From Mytilus edulis (taxonomy: Eukaryota): DNA of 64,000 nt. Position 1 is the stretch's first letter, and every line of letters starts with the position of its first letter. A program made the translations under genes and the position numbers. The stretch is from contig NC_092349.1 in NCBI RefSeq assembly GCF_963676685.1, forward strand, positions 75,906,473 through 75,970,472, in the 5' to 3' direction. A model generated the notes under the pieces. The model saw only the letters and a program-made list of their open reading frames with translations, had not been told where the DNA came from and ran no database searches. Below are positions 62,201 to 64,000 of the stretch, one piece after another.

Positions 62201-62452
62201 GAATCTGAATTAAATGAATGGTTAGAAGAACAACTAGAACCTGACACAGATAGTAGTAAAACCATAATGCCTGCTAGATCTGGAGACAAGGGTTCTGGAA
62301 AGTTATTAGCTACTAAGGCTGCTAGGAAAAGTGCCCCTTCAACTGGAGATGTCATAACTACTAAGAGAACTAGGAGGAAAGGGCGTATTCAGTTAGCAAC
62401 CAAGGCTGCAAGAAAAGGTGCTCCAGAAACAGGAGGTGTACCTTTGCCAGAG
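62201..62452 (+). CDS. Exon encoding two consecutive histone H3 tail mimics (LATKAARKSAPSTG / LATKAARKGAPETGGV)
   Basis: atttgcag|gaa ... ccagag|gtaatt. 252 nt, phase 0-0. Translation ESELNEWLEEQLEPDTDSSKTIMPARSGDKGSGKLLATKAARKSAPSTGDVITTKRTRRKGRIQLATKAARKGAPETGGVPLPE. Compare H3 residues 17-35, RKQLATKAARKSAPATGGV. Confidence 0.5.
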
Positions 62453-62564
62453 GTAATTATACCCCTGCTTTGAAAAAAAGGGGGGTATACTGTTTTACCT
62501 CTGTCTGTCCTTCCGTCAGTCCATCAGTCCGTCAGTCCTTCAGTCTGTCAGTCAATCCGTCCGT

Positions 62565-62900
62565 CCCATGAATATTTTTCGTCACATTTTTCTCAGGAAC
62601 TACACTACCAGGATTTCTGCAATTTTGTTTCAGGCTTGATATAAGTCAGCTATACTGTGTGATGTGTTTTCAGATTCATCACTCAACAACTTCCTGTTTA
62701 CCAAACACTTGTTTGATTTTACACATGATAGCCAAGTTGAAAATTTTTCGTCACATTTTTCTCAGGAACTACAATACAAGGAATTCTGAAATTTGGTTTA
62801 AGGGTTAATATAAGTCAGCTATACAGTTTGATGCGTTTTCAGATTCATCACTCGACAACTTCCTGTTTACTGAACACTTGCATATTTTTACACAATTAAT
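62565..62900. repeat. Two tandem ~170-bp units preceded by a (GTCCGTCA)-like microsatellite
   Basis: 62497-62560 is a (t)c(a)gtcc-type simple repeat. ttttcgtcacatttttctcaggaactaca.ta.c.agga.ttctg.aatttggttt.agg...ataagtcagctatac.gt.tgatg.gttttcagattcatcactc.acaacttcctgtttac occurs twice. Confidence 0.75.
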
Positions 62901-64000
62901 ATTATCCACTTGCGGCGGGGGTATCAACAGTGAGCAGTATCTCGCAGTTTCACTTGTTTATTTAATTAATGTATCTTGTAGAGTTGCTATTTTTGTTTTG
63001 CCAGCAACTTTCATCACTTTAAGTGAGACATGGATGTTACATTCCTTCAACAGTAGTTAGGGAAAATATATAGTTTCAAGAGAACTGACTATTGTTTAGA
63101 TTATTTAAATTCAACATCCTATGGTGAATGTTTTGTAAAAGTATAAAAAGTTAAATATAAGTTTTCCATGCAAGTGATATATTTACTTTTAAATTTCCAT
63201 TATTAAAGAAACTTATTAAATCCTTCAGAACTTTTTTCCACTTTTGTTTATAAGATATAGTTATCTTCTCTTTGAATAATTATGTCTGCCATATTGTTCT
63301 GCAAGAACTTATATATAAGACACACAGATTTATTTCCTGAAGTGAAATCATACTTTTTATATGGCCGCATAAAGGTTCAATAGAACTAAAGGAAAGTTGA
63401 GATTGATATTGCACTTTAAAGTACCAACAGTTCAGGAATTTTAGGCCAAAAAGGAGCCAAAAATAAGCATTTCTGCAGTTTCAGGACAATTACTTGTGTG
63501 TAAGTGTATGGATCTCTCTGAAATTATACCACAAGGTTTCATATTACAAAGGGAAGGCTGCGATGGAGTTCGGGGACAGTTGCCCTAAAGGTTCAGGAAA
63601 TCAGGGTCAAAAAGGGGCCAAAAACAAATATTTTTCTAGTTTCCAGACAATAACTTTTGTGTAAGTGTATGGATCTTTCTGAAATTGTACTATATGTACA
63701 AGGTGCCATACCACTAAGGGACGGCTAGGATTGAGTTTGGGGGTAATTACTCCAAGGTGTTGTTAAAAAAATTGTTTTGGGGTTTTTTTTTCATAATTTT
63801 GGGACTTTTTTTTCCTAAATTTGTTCCCCCATTTTTACACCGATTATTTCTGAATATATATAAAAGCAACAAATATGGATATGACAGGAGATACACACCA
63901 AACAGGATTTGTAAATAATAATATATAACACATTTACTAAGTATTGTGCAACAGCACAGTATTGAGCAATAGCAAGAAATCTCAAATCACACAGTATTGA

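Noticed and set aside
1-64000. Prokaryote-style features (operons, RBS, CRISPR arrays, rho-independent terminators)
   Set aside because: Sequence organisation is unmistakably eukaryotic. It has GT-AG introns, LINE/SINE/MITE content, satellites, and short exons with vertebrate-PARP4-like translations. No direct-repeat/spacer arrays are present.

Overview
This window is eukaryotic nuclear DNA: AT-rich, with short GT-AG-flanked exons, long introns and many interspersed repeats. The repeat content suggests an invertebrate, possibly a bivalve mollusc, but that is inference. None of it looks prokaryotic. No CRISPR arrays or operons are present, and I saw no rRNA or tRNA genes.

The plus strand carries a multi-exon gene spanning about 4.9-48.3 kb. 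Its conceptual translation matches the domain order of vertebrate PARP4, the vault poly(ADP-ribose) polymerase: BRCT, PARP catalytic, VIT, vWA and an MVP-binding-like tail. I mapped about 31 exons by hand. Splice phases are internally consistent at every junction except one.

Its introns are loaded with mobile DNA. There is a full-length CR1/L2-type LINE with an esterase-like ORF1, an APE-RT ORF2 carrying a frameshift, and a (ATTCT)n tail. There are also several MITE or foldback elements with clear terminal inverted repeats, a SINE-like family, 169-bp, 145-bp and 170-bp minisatellites, and a roughly 4.9 kb higher-order satellite.

Downstream (48.8-62.5 kb, plus strand) lie two unusual coding units. 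The first is a ubiquitin-like domain followed by a 33-bp coding minisatellite (QQQQMFQPQVQ)n and a Gly/Ser-rich tail. The second is a set of phase-0 exons, each encoding one or two close mimics of the histone H3 N-terminal tail (ARKSTGGK.PR, LATKAARKSAP.TGGV). That set includes an in-frame tandem exon duplication. I consider the H3-tail-repeat gene the most interesting candidate in the window.

All coordinates are hand-derived and may be off by a few bases.
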